The translations under genes were made by a program, and so were the position numbers. Of a stretch of 64,000 nt of DNA, positions 1 to 12,287 are shown one piece after another. Every line of letters starts with the position of its first letter. Within the stretch, counting starts at the first letter, position 1. The notes under the pieces are model-generated. The model did not search any database and had not been told where the DNA came from. It saw only the letters and a program-made list of their open reading frames with translations. Source of the DNA: Azolla caroliniana (Eukaryota; Plantae; Polypodiophyta). The stretch is from the NCBI GenBank assembly GCA_043228905.1, contig JBHGNT010000014.1, forward strand, positions 11,656,001-11,720,000, read 5' to 3'.

Positions 1-2
1 AG

Positions 3-862
3 GGTTGCAAAGGTGTGGCAAGAGTTGCCGCCTGCGATGGACGAATTACTTGAGGCCTGATTTGAAACATGGGCGTTTCAGTGACCACGAGGAGCAGACC
101 ATTGTTCGTCTCCATGCAGCTCTAGGGAGCAGGTAACAAACTAATTAATGCCTTTTTTCGCTAATTCATTAGTCCCATCCATCCATCCATCCATCTTCTG
201 TCCCAACCTTAGTCTAACTAAATTATAATAAGATCATGCATACAGTACATTGCAATCCCAGATGATACCAATTACCCTCCTCTCATTCGCATGGCAACAA
301 TGCCAGCCACCACATTCCTAACGGTCATCTAATTGTAATTCCTAACGAATCCCCTTAAAATCTCTCTATCGTTACATCCATTGTTTGTTTGGCATATTAT
401 ATGTCTGTAGTCGGTGGATCCCTTTCACCCCCCACCCCCAATTTTAATCTTTAGGTTAGGTTTTTCTTTTGTGTCATCTGTCATCATGTATGTGGCCGTA
501 TGCATGTGACATGTCGTTCGTTCTGCATATGTTTTGGATGAAAAAGTTACCATATTTTTTTGGATGAAAAAGTTGTAGAATATGTTCCGATTAAAGAGTT
601 CCAATATATGTTTGGATTAAAAAATGCACCACCGATGACAAGTACAAATGCCGTTGTTGTGTTCTGCATAATCTCAATGTAAAATGCATTATGTCAGATC
701 GATGATGTTTTCTTTTTCTTTTTCTAGTCATAACTTTTGTCTGATCTCCCAAAACCCTAAACGAAGAAGGAGATGGTGTCTGATCATCATCATCATCATA
801 ATAATAATAATAAAAGAAGAAGAAGAAGAAGAAGAAGTTTTTCGCGATTCGAACTCACGACT

Positions 863-910
<48 letters not shown>

Positions 911-3900
911 GTGTGTGTGTGTGCGCGCGCGCGTCTGCTCTGCCAGACAGTCAGTGAGTCAGTTAGGCAGTTAGTTAGTTAGTTAGTTCGTTAGTTGATG
1001 ACGTATGCCCACCCCACGTCAACTTGACGGCCGGAATAATAATAATAATAATACTACGTATCTTTCTTCTTCTTCTTCTTTTGAATGGGATGTGGATTGA
1101 AGATTTCGGAAAAAGGCCCCGGCCCCCTCCCCCTGTTTTTCCTTCTTCTTCTTCTTCTTCTTCTTTTTAATGGCCAAATATTTGTATGATTAGAAAGACC
1201 TTCAGATTCCTCGTCGGAGGACAAGGAGATCTGCAGATCGAAACCCTAAAAAACCCCAAATCCCCCAACATAATAATAATAAAAAGAACCCAACAAACAT
1301 TAAGAGAAAGCAACAAATTAACAATAAAATTAAATGAAGTGAATAAAATCAATAATATATGTGTGTGTTTTGTGTACATATATGGAAGAAAAGATCCAAT
1401 CGTATAACTCTCATTGATTCCTTCTCTTTTTTCTTTTTCTTTTTTTGCTTTAAAATTTGTTTCTTCTTTTCTTTTCCATTTTTCTTTTTTCCCTTTTTTC
1501 CTTTTTGTTTTTGTTTGTTCCCCTTAGGTAAAGAAAAAACAAAAAAAAACAAGTAGAAATTTTGGCACCATAAATATTAATAAATAGGATTCGAAAACGA
1601 AAAAGTTGTATTTTATTTATTTTCTAGTTTCTTTGCTTTTTGTTTTTTTCCGTGTGTTTGAACAAGGCACGTAAAATATAAATATATATATATGTTATTG
1701 GGGATGTTTTTTCAGCACGTGCGAAACTGAGAGGAAAGGAAAAAAAGACTGAATTCCAGCGTGCATGCTTTTCCTCGTGAATCCTTTTTCCTCATTTTCT
1801 TTTTTTTTTTGGTTTTGGGTTGTTTTTTCTACCTCTATTTTACTCTTTTTTATATTTTTATCACATTTTATCTTCCCTCTTTAATATTCTCTCATGCCCA
1901 AATGGGGCAAATGTCCTTGCCCTTTTTTGGTAAGGTGTCCAAATTGAGAAGATGGTGGAAAAATATTTACAAAGTGGTTTTTAGGGTCTTTGCATTCCTA
2001 ACGATCAAAGCTTCAGTTTCACACTACATGAATCATAGGATAAACAGGCATGGACAGACAAGTAGGCTTAAGTTCCTATCCTTGCTTCGAAGACCTTGAG
2101 TAAGAATGCTAGAAATCACATTGTTGTGTGAGGTAAATTGACAATGTTGGTTGAGGCTTTTTTTGGGGTTAACACATAATTAGGTAATAAAAACATATAC
2201 TAGATGGAATTAAGCTACATTCAGCTGCCAAAGTAATTAGATTGTATGACCATGTTTGTGTTAAACGCACCAAACCTTTGGAGCTCTAATACTAGTACCA
2301 ATATTTTCAATCTAATTTTCATACATCATGCTACTGAAGTAAGATTTCGATATCTTTGCTTGAAATTTCTATGCATGGAGAAGATTATGTGACAAGACTA
2401 CAAAAGTGTTGGTCAATGTGCTCGAAAGCAACTTACATATTCATGTAACCATTTTCATTACATTAAAACTGCTTGAAACTTGCAATAACCACCATGGAAT
2501 CCTCAAATTTCAAAGGTCCAAATCGTGAAACGATTTCAATCTCTCGCAAATGTTAGATTTCTCAATTTCTAACATGGCAACCTTCATGAAGACCAGTTTC
2601 AATTCCTCACATACTTCAAATCGTCCACCATGTTCTTATGCGATGCCAATGATGTAGTTCTGTTGAGTTTATAAACTCAGATTTGGTTAAAACGATCGAA
2701 CAAATATACATCTTTTAAGCAATAGTGTGCTTTCACCCGATGAGAAAAGACTCTCCTAGGATGGTTGGGAGAAAAACATCTTGCCAAATTTTTGCAAAAT
2801 GTTAAAGCTCTCAAGATCCTTTAGAACCAAACCTTTCCACAGGTGGTTTATTACATGGATTTCCAACTTGTTTTCTGTTTCCCCTTTCCACAGGTGGTCT
2901 TTAATAGCAGCTCAGTTGCCTGGACGAACAGACAATGATGTGAAGAACTACTGGAACACGCGGCTAAAGAAGAAGCTGTGTGAGATGGGGATCGATCCAA
3001 TCACACACAAGCCCATCTCACAATTGTTGGCGGATCTCGCCGGAAGCATGGCAGTGCCGGGTTCAATGCCTACGAGCACTCAAATGGTCGGCGGACGAAC
3101 TATAGCTGAAGCGGCTCTAGGTTGCTTCAAAGACGAGATGCTTAATGTGATAATGAGGAGAAACCCTAACACCATGGTGCAACACCCCTCTTCATCATCG
3201 GCAAATTTGTCTCTCGTGTCCACCCCTCCACCATCTGTCGACCACATGTCGTCTTTGTCTTTGTCATTCCAACGCCCATCATTCGCAAACTCGGGCTCGG
3301 CCAATGGGTTCTTCGGCGGTAACGGATTCGAGCAGCACGACCAATTGATCAACAATTCGAAGCCTTTGATGCATATGCTCCTCGAATCGACTCCCATCAC
3401 TCCTGCACATCACATGGCATCTAGTCAATATGCTTTCCATCGACCAGATAGTAAGATCCCACTCACAACAGTGTTTCTTTACTTTAAAAATACGATAAAT
3501 TTCCGATGCGGTTACCACTAATCTCACTATAAGGAGTAGAATACCTGTTTAAAACCCACACTAACAGGGGGGTTGGATTGGGAGAGCCTTATCCTTCACC
3601 ATGTCTATAGCCAGGGGTATGCTTACACGTTGCTTGAGGAAGCTAGTCATGACACTAGCATGAACATAGTATAGGCAAGCAGTATTTACAATGTTTCATT
3701 AGATATGAAGTAAGGACATGAAATTAGAGTAAGTAATGCAACAAACTCTGTACTGCATCACACTGTAGCTAGATATAAGATGAAGTGGCTTATGATTTTG
3801 TGCCTATCAAAATGCTTAAAGCTGAATATTTGTGGCTGCTTTTTTGTCTTTCCTATTTTTTGCGTCTTTTCCTTGCATGATACTAAAAAAATGTTAGATG

Positions 3901-4780
3901 ATCTTAAATTAATCTCCTCTTCTTCTTCTTCCCCTCCTTGGCAGCAATGGGAGCTCAAATGAAACCAAGCTCTTCTTTCAATAATAATAATACTAGCAAC
4001 AACAAGAATCTTAATCATCACCATGGTAATGATATCCATCTCCCCATGGCCTCTCATAATTTAGCAACCTCTTCCATAACCTTCCCTGCACAAATGCAGC
4101 TAAACACCCCAACCACTAGTACTAGTACTACTTCAGCCTCAACTAATTTCTCCACTCTCTCCCTATCTCAGTCTGCTGAGAAATTTCTCCAAGACAACCC
4201 CATTGCAGTGCAACCATGGCCTCAGCTCATCCCAGATCAACAAGAGGAAGAGGAAGAGGAAGAGGAAGAAGAGGACGAAGAAGAAGAATCAATGAAACGA
4301 CGGCTTGTCAACAATAACATGGAAGATGCACATCAAGAGCTTAACAATATCGTATCAGAAGGTCATTGGAGGGGAGATCAACAACTAAATGAAGATGAAG
4401 ACGAAGACGATGAGATAAATCAACTACGCCAATTTAGTAATACACAACCTCCGATTACATATAATATTAATTCATCCTCACCCACATCCCTTCAAAGCCG
4501 TATGAATACCAGTGTAGGTGCAATTAGTAATATGTCATGGAGCAGTTGCCCTTCTGCTTGCACTAGTAGGAGTAGCTCCACTTGTAGCAATTTCTTACCA
4601 TCTGCCCCTAGCAATTCTCATGATGCTTGCATTAATAATTATAGCCATATAACTAGCAATGACAATGATCATAAATATAACAACAATGATAGTAATAATC
4701 CCACATCTTCCATAGCTAATAATGAGGCATCTGTCGATGCCATGATCTGGGACTTGAGCGACCTCAATGCCCTCATTTAG
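3..4780 (+). CDS. MYB80: R2R3-MYB transcription factor, MYB80/MS188-like (exon 1 lies upstream of the window); exons 3-132, 2894-3450, 3945-4780
   Basis: Exon 3-132 (130 nt, AG..GT) = [44 protein letters not shown]. Exon from 2894 = [40 protein letters not shown]...[13 protein letters not shown], a MYB80-clade motif. A phase-1 GT(3451)..AG(3944) intron joins in frame to the ORF ending [11 protein letters not shown], which resembles the MYB80 C-terminal motif. Confidence 0.88.
781..1165. repeat. Compound microsatellite cluster in MYB intron 2: (CAT)n, (AAT)n, (GAA)n, (GA)n, (GT)n(GC)n, (TTAG)n, (CTT)n
   Basis: Directly visible simple repeats; they explain the low-complexity ORFs at 684-982. 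Confidence 0.95.
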
Positions 4781-5698
4781 CTCTCTAGTTCTCTCTCCCA
4801 TGCAATGTAATACCATGTATGTATATATCATATAGCCTTCTATAATATGCATCCATATAGCAATAGCATTACAACCGTTGCCATTACCTTCTTCCATTTA
4901 CCCTTCAATATATATAATAATATTATTATTGCCTAGGAGACCTTCCATTTGGAGAGAGTAAACTTTGAATAGACAATATTTTATGCAGTTTTCTAGTGAA
5001 CTAATTGTTCTTAACTTCCAATATTGGTGTATTTTATGATCATACTCTGATGTTTAACTTTTCCCTTATACCATAATGTAACTCTATGAAAATGCAAACT
5101 TGCATAGGTAAACTTTCTCAAGGACATATCAGCGATTAATTGCTTTTCTAATATGCCTTCGTTCATCACCTAAGTTCTCATTGTTCATTTTTCCTTCCTC
5201 TTTAGCTTGCATGCTTAGCTGAAAAGACCATAAAAAACTCTTACTGACCTTTTGTTCATTGTATTTATCACCACATCATTCTGATCTCAAAATGCATTCA
5301 TAGCAATCTCAAGCTTCGGCATCCACCAGAGGGGATATGATATAATGCAAGTGTTATTCAAAGGTAATAAGTGAAAATGTGTATATAGGAATTGTTTCCT
5401 GATCAAGTACCACACTTGAACTGAAATCTATAAAGAAAGGCCAATTTTATTTAAATAGTGGCACATGCATTGCGCTGGCACAAACAAAGAAAAGAAAATA
5501 CCAATTTTCATTATATGTGATGATAAATATTTACCAGCAAACTTGTTTTCATTAACTCTTGTATTATATAACAGTATTCGTTACTAACAACCCAATATAT
5601 GTACGGTTTCAGAACTAACTAACATTGTCTTGAGGATAAATCTTTCTACTTTAAATATATCATATTGACAACTGGACAGTAGGAAATACTTCACGTAT

Positions 5699-8600
5699 CT
5701 AGACTGAAGCTTGAAGGCCAATAACACCTGCAACAAGTCAGATAAGAATTGCCGGTAGATAATTGGAATGGCAGAAAATGTAACAGTAAAGACTCAACAG
5801 AATTAAAAGAAGACAGGCAAAATCTTACCACATGCAACTCTACCACCTGCATTGCCCGTAACTTTACTGAGTTCATGGCCTCCTGTTAATCCAACCAACA
5901 GTAACATAATGTAATAATCAAAACAAATCAGCATAGGCATACAAAGGTTACACAATACAAGCAGAATTTGGTAAAGTTAAGATTATATAATATATATAAT
6001 CAACACATGTCAGAATATAAATCTGTGCATTAGCAATATAATACTACTTTTATCACCTTAAAAGAAAATTACATAAGTTTTAGATTATGATATCGACACA
6101 TATCTCACCTCTTCCTAGATCATCTGGTTCTGCATGAACCACAATGGCACGGCCTATAATTGAATTCTTACCCGTCAATGGGATCTGAAACACCACTTAT
6201 GTCATTGAGACAAGTAGGTAAGGAGATAGACATTTTAAGCACAATAAAAGTTACCTGTGAGTCTGTAATCGAAATATCTACACAACCTGTCCAGAAGACA
6301 TGCAATGTCAACCAAACCCTTTCAACGGTTGTGTAACTGCATAATCTTTTTACCATGGTACCTTTCCAATAAATGTTTAGAATATTTTCATACCTACGAT
6401 AGGTGAGCGAACTAACTGTAGGGTTTTTTTAAAGAGAACAGACAATTCTAGCAGTAGCATTGCGATGTCAGGTATATTAATTTTGGGTTTGGTTTTTGAT
6501 CAAATTGTGGATGGGGTATTTGTGGAAAGGAATACAGAGATTCAAACCCTTATGACTGTGAATCACATGCATATAAAATGCAGGATGAAAACAGTTCTTC
6601 ATATTGCCATGTATATGGCATAATGGCAGCATAAAGATAAAGTTGCAGAAATTAACTTTTCCATGTGCATTTTCAAAGTCAATACTATGTCGTGTTAATA
6701 AACCATTTTCAATAGCTCAATTCTCAAAGTTAATAAACCATGATGAGAATTATTACGCAGTCAATATCCATAACTCCATTTTCGAAGTTGTTTATTCATG
6801 GTCTAATCTACATCCAATTGGCATGTAAGGTGCAAATAAATGCATCTTTGCTTACCATTCTCCTTCATATCATCCTCATGCATATACATTGGTAAAAAGA
6901 ACAAACATACCAAGAATTTTACTTGAATCGTTTACTTGTTTCATTAGAAACGACTCACATAGAAAGATTTACTATTCAGTTATGAATTTTATTATTCCAG
7001 ATTAATTCTTTGGTTTGCTCCAAAGTTCAATATTTCAAAGTGCCACATTGTTTTTTAATTCTTATAAGCTGTTGCATCATGCGTAGAGATCTCTATCGAT
7101 ATCTAATATAGGGTAAAATGGCTAATGAAGAAACAGCAAAATTTCTATTATTTTCCAACAACTTTGTGGTAGTAAAAAAATGCTATGAAATCTATTCGGG
7201 CATAAAAAATGAGCTACTAAAACGAAACTTTTCTGAACTCTGAAATGCCATCTGAGTGAACTTTGCTGGTGGAAACATATCATTCTCATCATGATAAAAC
7301 TTGAGCAGTGGAAAGCAACTTACAAAAAGTTTCTTCCATCATTTTTGAATCCCAATAAGGTGTACAAGAAAATAAACTAACATAACACATCTTCTTGTCT
7401 TTCCCTAAGGACGTTTGTTAATATGACTCTACTTGTGTTTTAACATGTTCATTTATTTCGTTGCAAAGTAGCATATATTTCCTATAATGTGATAAGATAT
7501 ATATTTCCTATAATGTGATAAGAGCCAATGTTGACTATTCATGGAATATACAGAATACACAGGCAGTTAAAAATACAGAAACATCTCCTACAAATTTCTG
7601 TTATCTCAAAAGTACCTACAAAATTTATTTCATACTGGAATATAAATTCCTACTGATGTGCTATAAACATGCAGTATTTCCCGCCAAAAATATTGTGTTC
7701 ATGAATAATTACATCAGAGAGACATATCGCAACCACTGATTTTAATATACGTTCAATAGTGAATTATAGCATGCATTACATAAATAACAATAGACGCAAA
7801 TTCTATGTCTTTATCAATAGGTAAGAACATACCATTTTCACCAGCAGTTAGATTCCCAAGATCTCCAGCATGTCTAACTTCATCGTTTGGTGCTCCGTGC
7901 TCTTTTCCTTCAGGATTGAAGTGACCACCTAGACAGTTACATTATAGGTACATTTGACAAACTCAGGAAAATAATGTTGAAAAGTGAGATTTCGTACTGA
8001 ACTGAAAGAAATAATGGTGGAAAGTAGAAACTTTGAAATGACTTGAACAGAAAAAGAAATTATAATCAGACAAAAATAGAAATGGTAGAAGAAATGGTTG
8101 CCATAGATGGTGGACAGAGAAAAAGTACATTAAGCGGAAACAATGGAGGAAACCAAAATTTGCATTGAGTCAAAGCAGACTGACACAGAAAACATGACGG
8201 AAGGCATAAAAATTTCCAATGAAACACAAACGATTAAATTAAATAGTTTGTATTTAAAAGACAAAAAGAACCAAAGAGCTTCATTTTACAGAATAAAAAA
8301 CAATGGTCGAAAAACAAAACGATGATGATGGAAAGTAACAATATACATAATTTTACGGGAAAGAAATCATGGTGGAGAGTAAAAATTATAGCAGAAAAAG
8401 AAGAAGGCGCAGTGACGAGGGTTAATAAGAAATCTGCATTGAACAGAACAGGACAGTAAAAGGTGGTGGAAAGCCAAAACAAGTTGCATTGAGAAGAAAT
8501 GGAAAGGAAATTGAAGAAGAAGAAGAAGAAGAAGAAACGGCGATGGCAAAACAGTACATGTGCATTGGACAGAAACAGAAACAGAAACGATGATGAGAAG

Positions 8601-9036
8601 CGCAAACATTTTGCATTGAACAAAAAATTATAACAGAAGAAACGATTATGGAAAGCAGAAGACGAGCAATTTGAAGGGAACGCTGGAAAGGAAAAAAAGA
8701 AAGAAAAACAGCATTGAAAAGGAAGAAACAGACGGTGACAAAGAACCTGTGGACATGCAGCCGTTTGTGGTATCACCGAGTTCGTGAACATGGAATCCAT
8801 GTAGCCCACTCTTTAGACCTGAGATCCTCCCTGAGACAGCTGTTGCTCCTGATTCAAAGCAAAAACTGTGCATTAAGACCTCGGTGATAAAGCTCCGAGG
8901 AAACAATCTCTCGGTGGTCTCTCATGTCTGAGATAATTATTGCCTGAGAGAGGTTACCTGAACCATCATCCGTGAAGTAGACGACGCCAGAGACATCCTG
9001 GCTACCTGAAAGAACTGCTACTGCTTTCACAGTCAT
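5699..9036 (-). CDS. CSD: Cu/Zn superoxide dismutase, 155 aa, no plastid transit peptide; exons 9036-8958, 8848-8747, 7928-7833, 6286-6255, 6184-6109, 5882-5829, 5727-5699
   Basis: Seven GT-AG exons (79+102+96+32+76+54+29 = 468 nt) splice to [12 protein letters not shown]...[25 protein letters not shown]...EHGAP...RHAGDLGN...[14 protein letters not shown]...[18 protein letters not shown]. Metal ligands, both Cys and the active-site Arg are intact. Confidence 0.95.
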
Positions 9037-9499
9037 TCTTGAGTTGTGTATGCTGAGGTCTGAGCGATGGCGATGGCGATGGCGATGGCGATGGCGATCA
9101 AGCTTCGTCTTCCAAATATAGTATTTCTTCGTCGCCATTTTTAACCCTTCTCTTTTTCTTTCTTTCTTTTTCTTTTACTCATGAAACTGCCGTTTCCGTT
9201 AATTCCTCGGAATGCCCCCCCCCCTTCCTTTCTCTTTATTTCACCCAAAATGCCCCTGCCAATTCTATTCAATTACAAACACAAAGGTTGTTTCCAATCC
9301 ATCCAATTAATGTGGCCATACTTCTCCTTAACATCCATGTAAATTTCTGTAAAACTCTCGGATCCCATCCGTGACATATAGTAACAATAAATAACCCCGG
9401 AAATATGAAGATTTAGAGAACTAGATGGGGTAACCCTCGTGAAGCAAGAATAAATAGATGTGTTATATTATATGTTATGTAATTCTTAGAAACTTTAGC

Positions 9500-10590
9500 T
9501 TGCACAAAGGGACAGACTAATCATCACGTGCATGGACAAGAAATGGCACATTGACCCTGAACCAGAGAGATGGGAGGAAGATTATAAGGTATGGATTTAT
9601 GATAATCACTCGCTACAATAACTCAACTAAGAACCCTCTAGAATATCATTGGAACATCCCTAATCAGAAGAAAAAGTCGTTCTTCACCTATACTACAGGC
9701 ATAGGAAGGTGCCTACTACTCCAAAAGCTAGTAGGTAAAACCCCCATTTTAAAAATAGGTGGGCATCACACAGCGTACCTAACTTTTGCTTGCATAGGTT
9801 TTCGAATAAATTATGGATTACCGATCTCCTCCAAAAAACGAAGTCATTTTTCTAGTTGCTCAACCATCTACCCTTCTGACCGGGGAATGGAGCACCAAAC
9901 ATGGACTGGACCCAACTTGCGGCTTGTGGTGAAGCGACTAAATCATCTCAGCACTGCTTGTGGTCTTGCATACACCACACAGGAAATATGGAAGCAAAGT
10001 TTATGAATACTAGCTCGCAACAGAGGTTATGGAGAGGTCTCATGGGTGGCGACCCAATGGCTCACGATGGACCAGGAATCATGGTTTCCCCAATTCAACA
10101 AATTAGGCCCCTTCATGCAACTAGAGCGAAGAACTATTAGGATGACCGATTATCCATCCTATTCACAAACAAAGTCAAGAGAGTTGAAGTCATTGTGGAC
10201 CATACTTGCAGGTCTAACAACATGGCAGATATGGAAGCACCGCTACTCCAAGATCTTCCAAGGGAAGCCCATCTCGCCATCAAAGATAATCGTGGAGCTT
10301 TGGGATCACCTCATCGCGTTCCTTCATGAGTCATATGAAGATATTCAAGGCGAAATGGACTCGGCATCCATGGCACAGGCGGCCTTCATTTTGAAATGGA
10401 GTGGAACGTTGATGCTGGGATTGCAAGGCGGCAATATACATTGGTGCTATCTCTCGCTGAAATGGCTCTTCCCACCAAGGACTCCCCCCCATGCAACATC
10501 CCCTCACCATCCCTAGACTATAGAAGGATCACTCTAGGCTTCACGTTTTTAGAGTTAATCGAAGCCACAGAGCTCTATATGAGGCATGGG
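9500..10590 (+). mobile_element. Degraded 3' fragment of an L1-type LINE (zf-RVT/C-terminal region of ORF2)
   Basis: ORF 10046-10516 has LWTILAGLTTWQIWKHR..KIFQG, typical of plant LINE ORF2 C-termini; frameshifted; boundaries approximate. Confidence 0.7.
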
Positions 10591-10593
10591 CCT

Positions 10594-10954
10594 TGTTGTC
10601 GAATACGTGTCCAATGGACGTATTCACATTGTCCCTTGGACAAACTAGAGTTAGGAAAATTTAGTAAATATGTCAAAGGACAGTTGCCCTAGCCCAGTTA
10701 GTATATAACAGGCTTTGGAACCTAGTTTGTAAGGTTGTTCATCTTGTACACTATGCCATTGTAACTTTGAGAGTAATAATACAATTACATCTTGTTGTGC
10801 CTACTTCTGCCTCTCTTCTCTCTGCTCTTCTTGTTGATCTTGTCGTATGCTTAAGTTGCCTTGTGTAATTAATCTCTCATTGCTTGCAAAATCACAAATG
10901 ATCTTCACAAGAAGAGTGTTGGTTTTGTTCCGCATCCGACGACCAGTTACAACA
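10594..10954 (+). mobile_element. 5' LTR of an old Ty1/copia element, followed by a degenerate tRNA-iMet PBS (10957-10968)
   Basis: TGTTGT...ACAACA termini, a TATA-like GTATATAA, then TAGTATTAGAGC resembling the canonical TGGTATCAGAGC. Confidence 0.65.
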
Positions 10955-11934
10955 TCTAGTATTAGAGCTTGGCTTTTTTTTTATTCTGCCGCCACTGTCT
11001 ACTTTGTCTGCATCAGCAACTCCTTTTTTTGTGCACTCTAAATATCGTTATTGGTACCCCTTGTTTGGCAACTCCCTACAAGATCATTTTCGGTGAAGAG
11101 AGACACATGGAAAGTCTGCACTTCATTGTTCTAAATCACTCTTCAAGTAAGCTAGTCAGTTGTATTTTACTCCTGTGATTGTAGCCGCTTGGAGTGAGAC
11201 TCTGTCCCGCAAGTTCTACCTCAATCGTGCGTCATCAGGTTAGATGACAATCTAATAGGTCTATCGACATTATTCACTCACTCATCGTAATCACTCATTG
11301 CAAATTGGGCTCCAGGGAACAACCCATATCCGTGCTTCATTTGACTAGACGACATTTAGGAGGACTAGCAAGATCTGTCCCTGTCATCGTTGTAGTCATT
11401 CGAAGTAGGATCGGCCTGGAAAAACGGCACATAATCTGTGATCGGCATCTTGAAATCGACATTTGGAATCGAATAGACAATTAATTGTGCTCAACAACTA
11501 GGTGATATTCGGGAAGACCATTCTGCTTTGTCCCTCCACTCCCCGTAGCCACTCTAAGCAAGTTTAGCACCAAACTTCCATCCGAAATCCAATCGCAAAT
11601 TCAGATCCAATCCGACTAGGTTAATCAATTGTAGTCACTCCGGATCGAATCCACCGATATTCGAATCCAATTCGGCTCGTGTTTCAACTCGGCTAGAACA
11701 AATTCAGGTGAGCTAGTCGGTTGCACCCAACCATTGTTCGTAGCCAACTCCGAACAGAGCCTTCCAAAGCCGGCACAGATGCCATCAACATCTGCCTCAT
11801 CAGAGATGAGTCTAAGGAAGTTCGATGGATCAAACTTCAACTTCTAGCAGGAGCAAATGCAAGACTATCTGATAATGAAGGGTCAGATCTAAGATCCGAT
11901 CGAGTCAAAAAACCCTCCATAAGGAATCAAGCTG

Positions 11935-12287
11935 AATGAGTGAACGAAACTTGATAGAATTGTCTGAGCCACCATTCGGATGCACTTGTCAGAGTCGGTG
12001 TACTTCACAGTGCAATTGTGTCTAACGACTATTCGATTTATGGAAGACACTCAGACACTTATGAGAAGAAGGTAGCCGCCACAAAGATATATTTGATTCA
12101 GCGTCTTTACAACCTTCGGATGAAAGAATCGGATTTGGTCTAGGCACACCTCAACGAGTACGAAAGCCTAAATTCCCAAATCTCGGCTCAGGGGACAACT
12201 ATTGAGGATGAACTAAAAGCCATGCTTTTTATAAGTAGTCTTTCCCCCTCATGGGAAGATTTCGTCACAATCGTATGCAATACGTCG
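11935..12287 (+). pseudogene. Ty1/copia gag, N-terminal part; continues at ~44730
   Basis: Translates as ...LSDTYEKKVAATKIYLIQRLYNLRMKE..AHLNEYESL...EDELKAMLFISSLSPSWEDFVTIVCN with stops, a copia gag (UBN2-type) pattern. Confidence 0.8.

Noticed and set aside
684-2099. Short ORFs in MYB intron 2
   Set aside because: Microsatellite and poly-T translations.
8143-8740. ORFs in SOD intron 2
   Set aside because: Low-complexity pyrimidine-rich intron sequence; the spliced SOD is complete without them.
9040-9070. miR398 target site in the SOD 5' region
   Set aside because: Only partial, gapped similarity to miR398; not supportable.
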